Shown here in pieces: positions 1 through 16,090 of a stretch of DNA of 64,000 nucleotides (position 1 is the stretch's first letter; each line of letters begins with the position of its first letter). The stretch lies in NCBI GenBank assembly GCA_964016885.1, contig OZ024764.1, forward strand, positions 7,006,001 through 7,070,000. Reading direction: 5' to 3'. Origin of the DNA: Eledone cirrhosa (taxonomy: Eukaryota). The position numbers and the translations under genes were made by a program. The notes under the pieces were generated by a model. It was given only the letters and a program-made list of their open reading frames with translations. It searched no databases and had not been told where the DNA came from.

Positions 1-1995
1 AAGTCACGGTCGTGTGTCATTGACTTTGAGAGGTGTAGTTGGGTAAGGTCGGCTTTTATCACCTCATCCCAAGTCATCTTGGGTCTCCCCACTCCGCGGT
101 TTCCATCAACTTCTAGTGCTCTGCACCTTTTTATGCAGCTGTCATCCTTCATACGCATCACATGTCCATACCAGCGTAACCGCCTCTCCTGCACGCAGCA
201 TTTGATTCCTCTTATGCTCAGTCTCTCTCTCAATTCCTTTATGCTTTGTCGTTCACGTATATTACTGTTACACATCCATCGGAGCATGCAGGCTTCGTTT
301 CTCTCTAATCTACGTAAGTCTTCCACCTTCAGCGCCCAGGTCTCACTACCATGCAACATCGCTGTTCGGATACACGCATCATACAGTCTGCCTTTCATTC
401 TGAGGGAGAAGCCTTTTGCAGCTAGCAGTGGTAGTAGTTCCCTAAACTTCTTCCATCCCGTTCTTACCCTAGTTATTGTACTTTCTGAGCACCCACCTCC
501 GTTGCTAATTCGGTCACCTAGGTAGCAGAAGCTGTCTACCGTTTCTACAGGGCCCTCCCAGAGATTGGTGGTACTTGTTTCCTGTGGCTGTTTGCTTGCT
601 GTTTCAGCACAGCTGCTGCATGTGAATCCTACATTCTTAATTAAGCTTCCTGAGATCCCGCTACATCTCTTGTGTACCCATTGTTTGCATTTGGGGCAGA
701 GAATGGAGTTTCTACCTACACCTTTCCTACATACTGAGCAAGGCCATTTCCCTGAGGGGATCTGGGTTCTGTTTTCTCGTCTACTTACAAGGACCTTAGT
801 CTTTGTCATGTTGACTTTGAGGCCCTTTCTCTCTAGTCCCTGCTTCCAGGTTTGGAATTTATTCTCTAGTTCTACCATAGATTCAGCTATGAGTGCGAGG
901 TCATCAGCATACAGGAGTTCCCATGGGCATCCGGTCTTAAACTCCTCCGTTATTGCCTGCAGGACTATGATGAACAGGAGAGGGCTAAGAACAGAGCCCT
1001 GGTGGACCCCAACCTGTACGCTAAATTCCTCGCTATACTCATTGCCAATCCTAACTTTGCTGACTGCTCCCCTATACATGGCTTGTACCGCTTTCACAAG
1101 CCATTCATCTACTCCTAGTTTTCTAAGAGCCCACCAGATTACTGCACGTGGAACTCTGTCAAAGGCTTTCTCAAGGTCGACAAATGCCAAGTAGAGTGGC
1201 TTACTTTTAGCTAGGTACTTTTCCTGTAATTGCCTCACAAGGAAGAGCGCATCAGTGGTGCCTTTCCCTGGTACAAACCCAAATTGCATCTCGTCTATAT
1301 TCACCCGGTCCCTAATCAGCTGTGCTATAACTCTTTCTGTTACTTTCATGACCTGGTCCATCAACTTTATACCTCTATAGTTTCCTCTATCTAGTGCATC
1401 GCCTTTACCTTTGTAGCAGTTGACAATGATGCTACTGCACCAATCTTTTGGTATGGCCCCCTCTAGTATTACCTGGTTAACGATACGTGTGGTTATAGTG
1501 TGACCTACAGACCCAGATGCCTTCAGCATCTCGGCAGCTATACCCGATGGACCGGTTGCCTTCCCTATCTTCATATCTCTGATTGCCTTACTTACTACGC
1601 TGCCGCTGACTTGTACTGCTGGTCCCTCTATAGGGTCTACGTGGGGTAGGGTCTCTTCTTCCCATGCATTCTCCTCATTTAGTAATCTATCATAATGACT
1701 CTTCCATGCATCTTTCTTCTCAGCACTTGTGAGGGCAAGCTCACCTTTATCATTCCGGATACACTTCTCTCCAATGACATCACAACTATCTCTGACACAC
1801 TGCCTCGCAATCTTGAATACCTCCTGTTTCTGGTCCTCACGTTGTAAAACATGCTTGAATTTTCTATCCTCTGCTTCCCTCCTAGCTAAGTATACTTGTC
1901 GCCTAGCTTCCCTCTTGGTCTCTATGTAATGTACCCTGCTCCCCCCGTTCTTCCATTCTTTCCATGCCTGTCTCTTGGCCTTGACTGCTTCATCT
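1..1995 (-). mobile_element. RTE-clade LINE, 5'-truncated RT region, continues past the window edge
   Basis: Reverse strand reads [32 protein letters not shown] and MLHGSETW; paralog of 5087-7340. Confidence 0.92.
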
Positions 1996-2020
1996 ACCTT
2001 GTATACATATATATGTATAC

Positions 2021-2054
<34 letters not shown>

Positions 2055-2235
2055 CTAATGAATGAAACAGTTCTAGTCCTGTAGAATCTCATCTATATTA
2101 AAACTTTTATACTCTGCTATGTATTGAGTACCTTACTTACTGTGGTTACCTCCGATTCAACCCGGAATAACGTATATATATATATATATATATGTATACA
2201 TATATATGTATATGTATACATATATATGTATATGT

Positions 2236-2296
<61 letters not shown>

Positions 2297-2821
2297 TATA
2301 TATATGTATATGTATACATATATATATATATGTATACATATACATATATATGTATGTATATATATATATATATGTATACATATATATAATAATAAAATGT
2401 AGAGAATATACATATATATCTGTATATATACACACATATATATATACATATACACACATATATATATATACATATATATATGTATATATACACACACATA
2501 TATATATATATATATGTGTGTGTGTATATATACATATATATATGTATACATATATATATGTATATGTGTATATATACATATATATATGTATATGTGTATA
2601 TATACATATATATATGTATACCCCGCAGCACGTTTATTCTCATATATATATGTATATATATATATATGTGTATATATATGTGTGTATATATGGGGTGGGA
2701 GAGAGAGAGAGCACATGTGGTGTTCTTCTGACAGTGGCCACCAGACTTCCGGTGTTTATGGCTCAGCACCAGGGACTGGTGTGGTGGTGGGGGTGCATGA
2801 TGGTGGTGGGGGGGGGGGGGC

Positions 2822-3270
2822 ATGGTGATGTTGGTGGTGGTGGGTGGTGGTGTTGGTAGTGGTGTTGATGATGGCAGTGGTGGTGGTGGTGGTGGTGGTG
2901 GTGGTGGTAGTAGTAGTAATGGCGGTGGTGGTGGTGGTGGTGTTGGTAGTGGTGTTGATGATGATGGTGTTGGTGGTGGTGGCGGTAGTAGTGGTGGTGG
3001 TGGTGGTGGTGGTGTTGGTGATGGCAGTGGTGGTGGTGGTGGTGGTGGTGGTGTTGGTGTTGGTGATGGCAGTGGTGGTGGTGGTGGTGGTGGTGGTGTT
3101 GGTGATGGCAGTGGTGGTGGTGGTGGTGGTGGTGGTGTTGGTGATGGCAGTGGTGGTGGTGGTGGTGGTGGTGGCAGTGGTGGTGGTGGTGGTGGTAGTG
3201 GTGGTGGTGTTGGTGATGGCAGTGGTGGTGGTGGTGGTAGTGGTGGTGGTGGTGGTGGTGGTGGTGGTGA
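2822..3270. repeat. (GGT)n compound trinucleotide repeat with higher-order GTTGGTGATGGCAGT unit
   Basis: Read directly from sequence. Confidence 0.9.
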
Positions 3271-3659
3271 GGGGTTGAAGGACGCCTGTGTTTGATGGGT
3301 AGGCTGCGGCGGGGTTTAGGAGCTCTGGTAGCATGGCAGTGGGGTGGTGCAGGGTGTTGCAATGAAGGGTGGTGGCTATGAGGGTGCACAGCCTAAATGC
3401 ATTGGGGTGGAGGGTGGTGTGGTGTGGTGGGGGTGGGGTATTTACTGGCTTGAAAAGGGTGGAGAAGAGTTTGTGTGATTTTTGTGGGTGGAGAGTCGTG
3501 GGTGGGGCTGGGGCGATTTAGAAGAAGTTGGGTGAATGGTGGGGTGGGGGACCCCATCGTTATTGCTGCTGTTGTTGTTGTTGTTTTTGTTGTCTGTAGA
3601 CCCGTTTATTTTTCTCTATATCTATCTATCACTATCCCCTCTCTCCCTCTCTTTCTCTC

Positions 3660-5086
<1,427 letters not shown>

Positions 5087-7357
5087 AAGAAGGTAGCTTG
5101 GAAGTGTCACTACGAAAGGCTTCTAAATGAGGAGAACAAATGGGAGAAAGACAGTCTCCCCCAGATCGATCCAATAGAGGGACCAGCAGTGTTAGTTGAA
5201 GGTAGTATAATAAGTAAGGCAATCAAAGATATGAAGACGGGTAAGGCGGCTGGGCCTTCGGAAATAGTTGCTGAGATGCTGAAGGCATCTGGTTCGGTGG
5301 GACACACCATGGTCACCCGGATAGTTAACCAAGTCGTACAGAATGGGGTTGTTCCGAAGGAATGGCGTAGCAGCATCATCGTTAACTGCTATAAGGGAAA
5401 AGGAGATGCCCTAGATAGGAGTAACTATAGAGGCATTAAATTAATCGACCAGGTCATGAAGGTCACGGAAAAAGTAATAGCGCAACTAATCAGAGAGAGA
5501 ATTGATCTAGATGAAATGCAGTTCGGGTTTGTGTCAGGCAAAAGTACCACCGACGCTCTTTTCATTGTACGACAACTACAGGAGAAGTACCTAGCTAAAA
5601 GTAAACCCCTATACTTAGCTTTTGTCGACTTGGAGAAAGCCTTCGACAGAGTCCCCCGTTCCATTATCTGGTGGTCTCTTAGAAAACTAGGTGTTGACGA
5701 ATGGCTTGTGAGAGCTATACAAGCCATGTATAAAGAAACAGTCAGTAAGGTTAGAATTAACAACGAATATAGTGAAGAGTTTAGCGTAAAAGTTGGTGTC
5801 CATCAGGGCTCTGTACTTAGCCCCCTACTATTTATTATTGCCCTTCAGGCTATAACAGAGGAGTTCAAGACCGGCTGCCCATGGGAACTCCTATACGCAG
5901 ATGATCTAACGCTCATAGCTGAATCAATGACCGAACTAGAGAAGAAATTCCAAACGTGGAAGCACGGCCTAGAATCAAAAGGCCTTAAAATTAACCTGGC
6001 TAAGACTAAAGTTCTAGTTTGTAGGAAAGAAAATAAGGCGGCGGTCCCATCGGGGAAATGGCCATGCTCAGTGTGTAGGAAAGGCGTAGGTAGAAACTCC
6101 ATTTTATGTCCCAAATGCAAAGTATGGGTGCATAAAAGATGTAGTGGGATCACAGGTAAGCTAACTAAGAACATAGATTTTACATGTGGCCGGTGCTCTG
6201 GTGCAATAAGTAGCAGCAAGTGCCCACAAAATACTAGCTCCTTCAACTGCGCAGAGGGTTCTATAGAAATAGTGGACAGCTTCCGTTATCTGGGTGACAA
6301 AATCAGCAGTGGGGGAGGGTGCTCTGAAAGTACAGTAGCTAGAGTCAGAACTGGATGGAAAAAGTTCAGAGAGCTTATACCACTATTAGCCGCTAGAGGG
6401 TTCTCCCTAAAAATGAAAGGCAGGTTATACGATGCCTGCATACGAACAGCAATGCTGCATGGCAGTGAGACCTGGGCATTGTGTGCAGAGGATATACGCA
6501 GACTAGAGAGGAACGAAGCTTGCATGCTCCGCTGGATGTGCAATAGTAATATACGTGAACGGCAAAGCATAAACGAACTAAGGAAAAAATTAGAAATAAG
6601 AGGGATCAGATGTTGTTACTCGAGAGAAGGCTACGTTGGTACGGTCACGTGATGCGCATGAAAGACGACAGCTGTATAACAAAGTGCAGGGCAATAAAGA
6701 TAGACGGTAGCCACGGAGTAGGCAGACCCAGAAAAACATGGGACGAGCTGATAAATTCCGACCTCACACGCTTACACCTCTCCAAGACAATGTCACTGGA
6801 CCGAGACCTTTGGCGGTACTCAGTAATAGAGAAGACCCGCCTTACCTAAATACAAAGTAAAAACCTACTACAGTCAGTAGGCACCTCTATCAAAACACAC
6901 CCCCGTCCCACCACCTCCACCCCACCCACACCGCCCCTTTCAATGTAAAGTTATGTTGGTCCCACAACATCCAGGCCGAACAAATGAGATCGTGTAGGTG
7001 TCACGACAAAAAACACACAGTCCACGCTGTAAATGTGGCCGTGTAGGCAACACGGTAAAAACCTCCCAGCCCCACACTGTAAATGTGGTTGGTGTTAGGA
7101 AGGGCATCCAGCTGTAGAAAACCAGCCAGACAGTCCACGCTGTAATGTGGCCGTGTAGGCAACACGGTAAAAACCTCCCAGCCCCACACTGTAAATGTGG
7201 TTGGTGTTAGGAAGGGCATCCAACTGTAGAAAACCCGCCAGACAGTCCTATGCGAGCAAGACAACCACTCTTGCCTCAAGTGGGTAAAACCCCCGTCCAA
7301 ACCCATTGCAAGCGTGGAACACGGACGCTAAACCTGATGATGATGATGATGATGATG
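5087..7357 (+). mobile_element. RTE-clade LINE, 5'-truncated: RT with Cys-rich insert, frameshift near 6620, 3' UTR and (GAT)n tail
   Basis: ORFs 4676-6652 and 6610-6849: YADD RT core, CSVC..CPKC..HKRC..C..C insert, RLRWYGHV and GRPRKTW; the 5' end abuts (TA)n. Confidence 0.95.
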
Positions 7358-7472
7358 ATATATATATATATGTGTGTATATATATATATATATATACACA
7401 CACATATATATATATATATATATATGTGTGTGTATATATAGTATATATATATACATATATATACATATACAT

Positions 7473-7506
<34 letters not shown>

Positions 7507-7812
7507 ATATATATATATATATGTGTATATATATATATATATAAGTATATATATATATACATATATATATATACTTATATATATATATATATACACATAT
7601 ATATATATATATATATATATGTATATGTAATATATGTATATATATATGTATATATACAAATATATATATATACATACATACATATATATATATGTATATA
7701 TATATATGTATATATACAAATATATATATAGTATATATATATATATGTATATATACAAATATATATATATACATACATATATATATATGTATGTATACAT
7801 ACATATATATGT

Positions 7813-8032
7813 GTGAAGGCGTGTGGCTGAGTGGTTAGAGAATTGGATTCGCAATCGTGAGGTTGTGAGTTCGATTCCTGGACCAGGCGATGCGTTATGT
7901 CCCTTGAGCAAGACACTTTATTTCACGTTGCTCCTTCTACCTGGAGTTGCGACCGATAGATAGTATTAGCAATGGGAAAGACCAACGGAAACATTGTTTC
8001 CTCGGTCCGATTTGACGAAAGTCGATCGTTCC
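7813..8032 (+). mobile_element. tRNA-derived SINE with CORE-like domain (family also at 53650-53850 and 63830-64000, minus strand)
   Basis: A box TGGCTGAGTGG, B box GTTCGATTCC, then CCTTGAGCAAGACACTT resembling the MIR/CORE motif. Confidence 0.8.
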
Positions 8033-8074
8033 TTTTTTATATGTATATATACATATATATGTATATATATACAC

Positions 8075-8108
<34 letters not shown>

Positions 8109-8130
8109 TATATATATGTATATATACATA

Positions 8131-8161
<31 letters not shown>

Positions 8162-8172
8162 GCATATATACA

Positions 8173-8222
<50 letters not shown>

Positions 8223-8229
8223 TTTATAT

Positions 8230-8260
<31 letters not shown>

Positions 8261-8302
8261 CATATATATACATATATATATACATATATATTTATACATA
8301 TA

Positions 8303-8378
<76 letters not shown>

Positions 8379-8392
8379 TATATATATGTATG

Positions 8393-8435
<43 letters not shown>

Positions 8436-8619
8436 CAAAGGAAATGTAGTAAGGAACCAGATGGACCATAACGCACCAAAGTACTCAATACTAAGGGTAG
8501 TAGAGTGGGTAATAGGAACAAGTAAGACCCCAACGGCAGAACTCAAGCCGTTTCGACGGCTAATTCCCAGAATTAGCCGTCGAAACGGCTTGAGCTCTGC
8601 CGTCGGGGTCTTACTTGTT

Positions 8620-8699
<80 letters not shown>

Positions 8700-8850
8700 T
8701 ACATATATTTATATATATGTATATATATATATACATATATTTATATATATGTATATATATATACATATATTTATATATATGTATATATATATATACATAT
8801 ATTTATATATATATATATGTATATATCTATAGATAAATAAATAATAATAA

Positions 8851-9183
8851 GAGTGGAAGAAAAGGAGAGGGAGAAAATTAACCGATACCAGGACTTAAAG
8901 TGGGAGTTAAAAAGGATTTGGAACTGCCATGAAGTCAGAGTGGTCCCAATTGTCATAGGAGCACTAGGTACTACCTCAAGGAGTTTCCAAGGATGGTTAA
9001 AGGAAATTAGTCCAGCCCCGCTTTTTGGAACACTTCAAAAGGCATGCTTGCTGGGAACAGCAACAACCCTCTGATACGTCCTGAATGTCTGAGGCTGCAG
9101 GTAGGGGCTTGATGTTCACTTGAACAAACTTTCCAGTTAAATAACATCAATGACTGAGACTCAAAGAACAATAATAATAATAA
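8851..9183 (+). mobile_element. R4/Dong-like non-LTR element 3' end in (TAA)n
   Basis: EK..RYQDL..EL and [10 protein letters not shown] restriction-like endonuclease C-terminus; (TAA)n on both sides. Confidence 0.82.
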
Positions 9184-9525
9184 TAATTGTTTCTACTTTA
9201 GGCACAAGGCCAGCAATTATCCCAGTGTATTACTGGTACTTTATTTTATCGACCCCGTAAGGATGAAAGGCAAAGTTAACCTCGACGGGATTTGAACTCA
9301 GACTGTAAAGGGACATAACTCTATGCTGCAAAGCATGGCGTCCGACCCTCTACCGATACTGCCAACCCACTGCCCTAGAATAATAATTATAATAATAATT
9401 GTTTCTACTTCTGGCACAAGGCCAGTAATTACTCCAGTGTATTACTGGTACTTTATTTTATCGACCCCGTAAGGATGAAAGGCAAAGTTAAAGAATCAGT
9501 GTTGCATCATATACATATTTAATTA

Positions 9526-9615
9526 CATATTACATATGTTTCACTGCCGATCAGCTCGAGGTATGATCTATTAATGATCGATCCTGACTGTAGAATTGGA
9601 AGCTCCTCAGATATG
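9526..9615 (-). ncRNA. Type I hammerhead motif with long stem II insert
   Basis: CATAT-CTGAGGA-(~60 nt)-GAAA-CATATG-TA-ATATG; 3' half of the same family at about 63200-63273. Confidence 0.7.
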
Positions 9616-9899
9616 TGTTCACATGTAAACTTATGCCTAAGAGTGTTTGGATAGTTAGATAGTTATCCCCGGTTCATTATGTCAGGCTGCCACACACTCT
9701 GCTAAAGGAAAGTGTTGTTGCCATATTCATCCTGTTAAATTGTATTCGGTGAAATCTAAGTGGGGAGTGACCTACAACTCAGGAGCTATTACTGCCATTT
9801 CTTGGTCAAGACGGCACTTTATGCTGGTCTCATATGAAAGCCATTCATGTGTAGCCGTCGGTCTGCAGGAAGTCTGCAGTTATAGTCTTTTGGCATACC

Positions 9900-10830
9900 G
9901 CCTACGGTCGCAATTGATTTGAACCTCTAATGCCAAACTGAAGGAGTTGACCGGAATATTCATCCATGCTGACAAAACCAACAACCTTTACAGCATGGAC
10001 TTAAAACTGTACAATAAGCTGATCCTCAAGGAACAGAGGAAGAGCTACTAGGCTTAGAAAAATAACATGGTATAATCCACCATACTTCGTGGGTCTGCAG
10101 ACCAGCCTGGCCCGCTCATTCTTTAGGGCACTGGATACATGTACCGCAAAATTTTTAATAGGCATGCAGTGAAGCCTCATACTTCACCACACACAGCGTA
10201 GCCCAGCATATAGCTAGTATCAATAGAAATAGACTTAGGACATTTAGACAGACAACAGCTGATCCTATAGATACCCAGCAAAGGGTAAACAGTGGACCCG
10301 GGACTGACCCGAGTAACACCAATCAACCCAGGGACCCTGTGAAAGTCACAGGGATGGATCGCCCCAACCCACCCAATGAGCACCCCACAGTAAGCATGTA
10401 GGGGTCGACCACTTCATGCAACTGCAGAAACCCCATCTTATGCCCCCTTAGAAATAAATGCCTGGTGAAGAACCTAGTCTACCGATGCAGGGTTACAACC
10501 CCCAACTCAGAACATATATACATAGGTGCAACATCAACAAGCTTCAAGGTTAGGTGGTATAATCACCGTCACTCCTTTAATAGGATTGACAAAATGAAAA
10601 GTACGGCCCTTTCCGAACTGATCTGGAAGCTCAAGCTGGACAAGACCCCGTACTTTTTGGTCTGTTCAAAGGTTAGGGAAATACCTCCAGACAGAGATGG
10701 TTCTGGCATTTGCAGCCTCTGTCTGAGTGAGACCCTTGAGATACTCAGTGGTGGAATAAATATAATCAATCACAGAGCAGATTTCTTCGGTGCATGTTGA
10801 CACCTAAGGATGGGAATTTTCCTCAAGCTA
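9900..10830 (+). mobile_element. Degenerate Penelope-like element (RT remnants plus GIY-YIG endonuclease)
   Basis: ADKTNNLY, WYNPPY, CNCR...CPL...CL, VYRC..YIGAT..FKVRWYNH and CSLCLSE motifs. Confidence 0.88.
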
Positions 10831-11257
10831 TATGGATAGCAACCCCTCACACTGAGTCCCAGAGACACCAACCCTGCCTGCTGAACTTACCTTTCTCCTC
10901 TCCTCTTGTCTCGACTAGCATTAAAACACCCCAGAGCCGCCCTTACTTAGCGGTTAGGCCCATGTCTCTCACGTAGTGGTTCACTCTTCTTTCTCACTTC
11001 CCTAGTTCTAACCCAAGTAACCAGCCTCTAGCCACTCCACTACCGTGCACAGCCCTAACATGGATAGCGTTATTGCTGTTTACGCAGTTATTGCAATATT
11101 TGTCTGTTGTGCTCATAATTTTTGGCATTAATACACGGATTGGAGGCCCTTCCTAACACCAACACCACTTTACAGCATGGACTGGGTGCTTTTATTCTTA
11201 CTACCAGCACTAGAGAGGTTGTCTTACTGAAGTCAGGGGCCCTCTCCACCCCATACT

Positions 11258-11306
<49 letters not shown>

Positions 11307-11590
11307 GGTGTTGGATGCTCAAAGCGTCCATATGCAGTAGGCCGTATGAGCACTCGATGCCCTCATAGAGCAGAGTATGATATCACAGAAAAAAAGAGAA
11401 TCAGTGTTGCGACGAATGGAATTTATTGAGGCACGGTCGATGTGATGATCGAACCTGACTCTGAAAATTGCAAGGTCCTCAGATACGTCTTGATTCTACG
11501 AAGCAGGTTTTCCTATGTCCTTTTCTCTGGTTGCCAGAGAAACGATTGTAATAAATTCCATTCATCGCAACACTGATTCTCTTTTTTTCG

Positions 11591-11637
<47 letters not shown>

Positions 11638-11640
<3 letters not shown>

Positions 11641-12143
11641 GATGACAGCTGCAAAAAAAGGTGCAGAGCACTAGAAGTTGATGGAAACCGCGGAGTGGGG
11701 AGACCCAAGATGACCTGGGATGAGGTGATAAAAGCCGACCTTACCCAACTACACCTCTCAAAGACAATGACACACGACCGTGACTTCTGGCGTCACGCAG
11801 TAATACAGAGTACCCGACCTCCCATGGGTACAAGCTGAAGCATATAAACAATATGCCCCCACCCACCCCCACCGCAAGGTGGTCGTGGAGGTGCCACGGC
11901 AAAAAAGCACCCAGCCCACACTGTAAAGTGGACGTGTAGGCGCCACGAAAAAGCACCCAGCACTCACTGTAAATGAGGTTGGTGTTAGGAAGGGCATCCA
12001 GCTGTAGAAATCAAGCCAGATCAGTTCCTGTATGAGCAAGGCATGGTCAGCCGACCAGACACTGCACACAACAGGACAACCCGTCTAACCCATGCTAGCG
12101 TGGAAGAACGGACGTAAAACGGTGATGATGATGATGATGATGA
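11638..12143 (+). mobile_element. RTE LINE 3' end
   Basis: [16 protein letters not shown]; (GAT)n tail; matches the end of the element at 1-1995. Confidence 0.85.
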
Positions 12144-12830
12144 TATCTATATCCAAAATTAATTTTGGATATAGATATATAAATACGGCTCCTTAATTGT
12201 AGAGCTAACTCTGTTGAAAGGATTTGACTGCGGTTTCTAGTTGACGATAACCCTATTCACGCCACTGTGACGAAGCTGGTATGATGTGTGTATTTCTAGT
12301 AGATACAGCACGTGTTGCTGGCCAGTCGCTGATTTGAACTTGAAGTGTAAACATAGATCGCTGGACTTCTTCCTTGTTGAAAATCCAAGTACCGGCCTCT
12401 ATGGTTTACGATTCGAATAATTGGTGAAATATATTTCTTTAATAGATTATATACAGGGAAGATTAATCATATTATAAGGTATCTATTTTTGAAGTTCTGG
12501 TCAACTTTATTTAGTTACCAGTTACCTAACTAGCTATGTGTGGTTACACACTTGTAAAAATTATCTCCTGTGATTATTCATGTTTATTTATATGTTAATC
12601 AATTTCTAGTTATTATATATATATATATATATATATTATCATCATCATCATCGTTTAACGTCCATCTTCCACGCTTGCATGGGTTTGGACGGGAGTTTTC
12701 CCACTTGAGGCAAGAGTGGTTGTCTTGCTCGAATAGGACTGTCTGGCGGGTTTTCTACGGCTGGATGCCCTTCCTAACACCAACCACATTTACAGTGTGG
12801 ACTGGGAGGTTTTTACCGTGTTGCCTACAC

Positions 12831-12900
<70 letters not shown>

Positions 12901-13478
12901 TTGAAAAAAGGAAAAGATCTACCAACTCATAATAATTAAATCAAATTGTTTAGAACTACAAGTGAAGTCATTCTTTTCTTTTTAAAAAAGATTTGCATAA
13001 AATCAGCAGTTGAAAATTGCGAACAAATATCGTCCGCACCCTGTATATATATATTATAAGTACAGATCGAGATCGAGCCCTCTTTAGATTTTAGTCTTCA
13101 CCTTTATTATTACTATATCATCATTTCATTTTACGTCCGCTTCTCCCTGCTTGCAAGGGTGGGACAGTTCCGGTCCCACCCTTCTGGCTTGATCTCTACA
13201 GCTGGATGCCCTTCCTAACACCAACCTCATTTACAGTGAGTGCTGGGTGCTTTTTTGCCCTGGCACCTCCACGACCACTTTGCAGTGGAATGATAGGGAC
13301 CCCAGTCCCTATCATCTCATTTCTACAGCTGAGTAAACTGGAGCAATGTGAAATAAAGTGTCTTGCTCAAGGACACAACACATCACCCGGTCTGAGAATT
13401 AAACTCACTCACAACCTTTCGATTGCAAGGCCAATGCTCTAACCACTAAGCCATGTGCCTCCAATATATATATATATA

Positions 13479-13509
<31 letters not shown>

Positions 13510-13855
13510 TTAATATTGAAATGGGTTCTACATGACTAGAACTGTTTCATTTGAAGGAAATAATCTGGGCTTTCCTGATGATTTCCTTCAAAGGAAACAG
13601 TTCTAGTCATGTCGAAACCATTTCTATATTAAATATTGTATATACTCTACTATGTATTGAGTACCTTACTTACTGTGAACCCAGGATGCCCACACAACTC
13701 ACCCATATATATATATATATATATTTTGTTTCTGAATTTGTTTAGCAAGATTCTTTATCTGAAAACGTGTGTTGAAACCGATATTGTTATACTTTGGGAG
13801 GGTCATGTTGCCAATAAGAAACACACGCACCAGTTGTTTTCACTTCAATTTATTA

Positions 13856-13889
<34 letters not shown>

Positions 13890-14160
13890 TTTATAAATTT
13901 CCGGTTGGTTGGTTGGTTCCACAACCGGACGGTTGTTCATATATTGTCAAAGTTCTTTCGTCACACATTCTGTGACCTCTTCAGTGACTGGGGATTTTTT
14001 TCTTTGTTTTGTGTCTCTCCTTTGTCTGTCCTACGCCATCTTGTTTTTTTTTTTGTTTTGATTTTTTGAAAAAAAATTTTTTAAATTTTTTAATTTATAA
14101 TAAATTGGAGTGAAAGCAACTGGTGCATGTGTTTCTTATTGGCAACATGACCCTCCCAAA

Positions 14161-14201
<41 letters not shown>

Positions 14202-14223
14202 TCTGTTTATCTATGTTTTGCAG

Positions 14224-14337
14224 AACAGCCACAGTCTATAAAACCCTCTATCCTTTCTGGGGGGAGGAATACAAGATGCACCTTCACAGCGACTTCTATG
14301 ATTTGAACCTGTATATCTATGATGAGGACAGACTGGG
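14224..14337 (+). CDS. RasGAP exon (C2A): [38 protein letters not shown]
   Basis: ttttgcag acceptor, gtgagt donor, 114 bp; resembles RASA4 RTATVWKTLCPFWGEEY. Confidence 0.93.
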
Positions 14338-16055
14338 GTGAGTAACAACCAGACCTTTCTTCTCTACTTTAATTATTGGACTGCTAGTGGGGGAAGTAGC
14401 TCTATGTATATATATCTAAAAAAATTCTAAAGTCTGTCTTAAGCCAGAAGTCTCATTTGGCCGGTACTTATCCCCGGTTTCATGGCGTGAAGCGACTGAG
14501 AGTACAAGGCTCCCCCCTGGACAGGACGCCAGTCCATCGCAGGGTTAAACCTCCAGCTATTACTGGTACTTATCCCGGTTTCATGGCGTGAAGCGACTGA
14601 GAGTACAAGGCTCCCCCCTGGACAGGACGCCAGTCCATCACAGGGTTAAACCCTCATCTATTGCTGGTACTTATCCTGGTTTCATGTTGTGTAGCCACAG
14701 AGTACAAGACTTCTCCCCTAGACAGGACGCCAGTTCATCACAGGGTTAAACCCCCATCTATTGCTGGTACTTATCCTGGTTTCATGTTGTGTAGCCACAG
14801 AGTACAAGACTTCCCCCTTGACAGGACACCAGTCCATCACAGGGTTAAACTCTCCAGCTATTGCTGGTACTCATTTTCAGCTGAGTATACTGGAACAATG
14901 TGAAATGAAGTGTTTTGCTCAAGAACACAACATGCGACCCAGTCCGGGAGTGAAACCCACAACGTTATGATCGTAAGTCCCACACTAGGACCACATGTCT
15001 CCACTAGGTGGATTCCCAGTTTATATCAAGTGACCATAGTTAAAAAAGGTAATCAATACAGTTCTAGAGTACCGGTATCTTTATTTTACAGGACTAGAAC
15101 TGTTTCATTCATAATTGTTTCTACTTTTGGCACAAGGCCAGCAATTTCCCAGTGCATTACTGATACTTTATTTTATCGACCCCGTAAGGATGAAAGGCAA
15201 AGTTAACCTCGATGGGATTTGAACTTAGGATGGAAAGGGCCGTAACTCTATGCGACAAAGCATGGCATCCGACCCTCTACCAATACTGCCAGTCCACTGC
15301 CCTTTGAAACATTCCTACTCTTTCATGGCGTGAAGCGACTGAGAGTACAAGGCTCCCCCCCCTGGACAGGACGCCAGTCCATTGCAGGGTTAAACCTCCA
15401 GCTATTGCTGGTACTCATTTTCAGCTGAGTATACTGGAGCAACAGGAAATGAAGTGTTTTGCTCAAGAACACAACACACAGCCCAGGAATCGAACCCACG
15501 ACATTATGATCGTAAGTCCAACACCCTTACCACTAGGCCCCACCACACCTCCACAACACACAACCCAGGAATTGAACCCACGACATTATGATCGTAAGTC
15601 CAACACCCTTACCACTAGGCCCCACCACACCTCCACAACACACAACCCAGGAATCGAACCCACGACATTATGATCGTAAGTCCAACACCCTTACCACTAG
15701 GCCCCACCACACCTCCACATCATACAGCCCAGGAATCGATTTAACTCACTCAATATGCAAATTAGGCTGCTCAGCCGTTAATTTTCATAAGGAAAGTATA
15801 TACTTTCGAACGTTCAACTATCTGGCAGATGGGTAAACGGTGCTGATGATAGCTAACAAGCTTGAAACTAGTACATCGTTCCTGTGTCAGTGTTGAACAA
15901 AAAGGTGACGTGGTTGCCTTAACACCGTATGGCATAAATTCAGGCTGTTCGGTTTGTTGACAAACAAACGAACAAAGCTGCGTTATAATAAACGTCGGCT
16001 AAACTGATGCGTGCATATATGTATGTGTACCTGTGTGCATATATGTATATATATG

Positions 16056-16090
<35 letters not shown>

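Noticed and set aside
79-1929. Plus-strand ORFs 79-525, 565-1194 and 1729-1929
   Set aside because: Antisense shadows of the minus-strand RTE reverse transcriptase.
15480-15720. Tandem tRNA genes (also tRNA-like heads at 7813 and 16405)
   Set aside because: A and B boxes are present, but no convincing acceptor stem was seen and they continue into SINE bodies.
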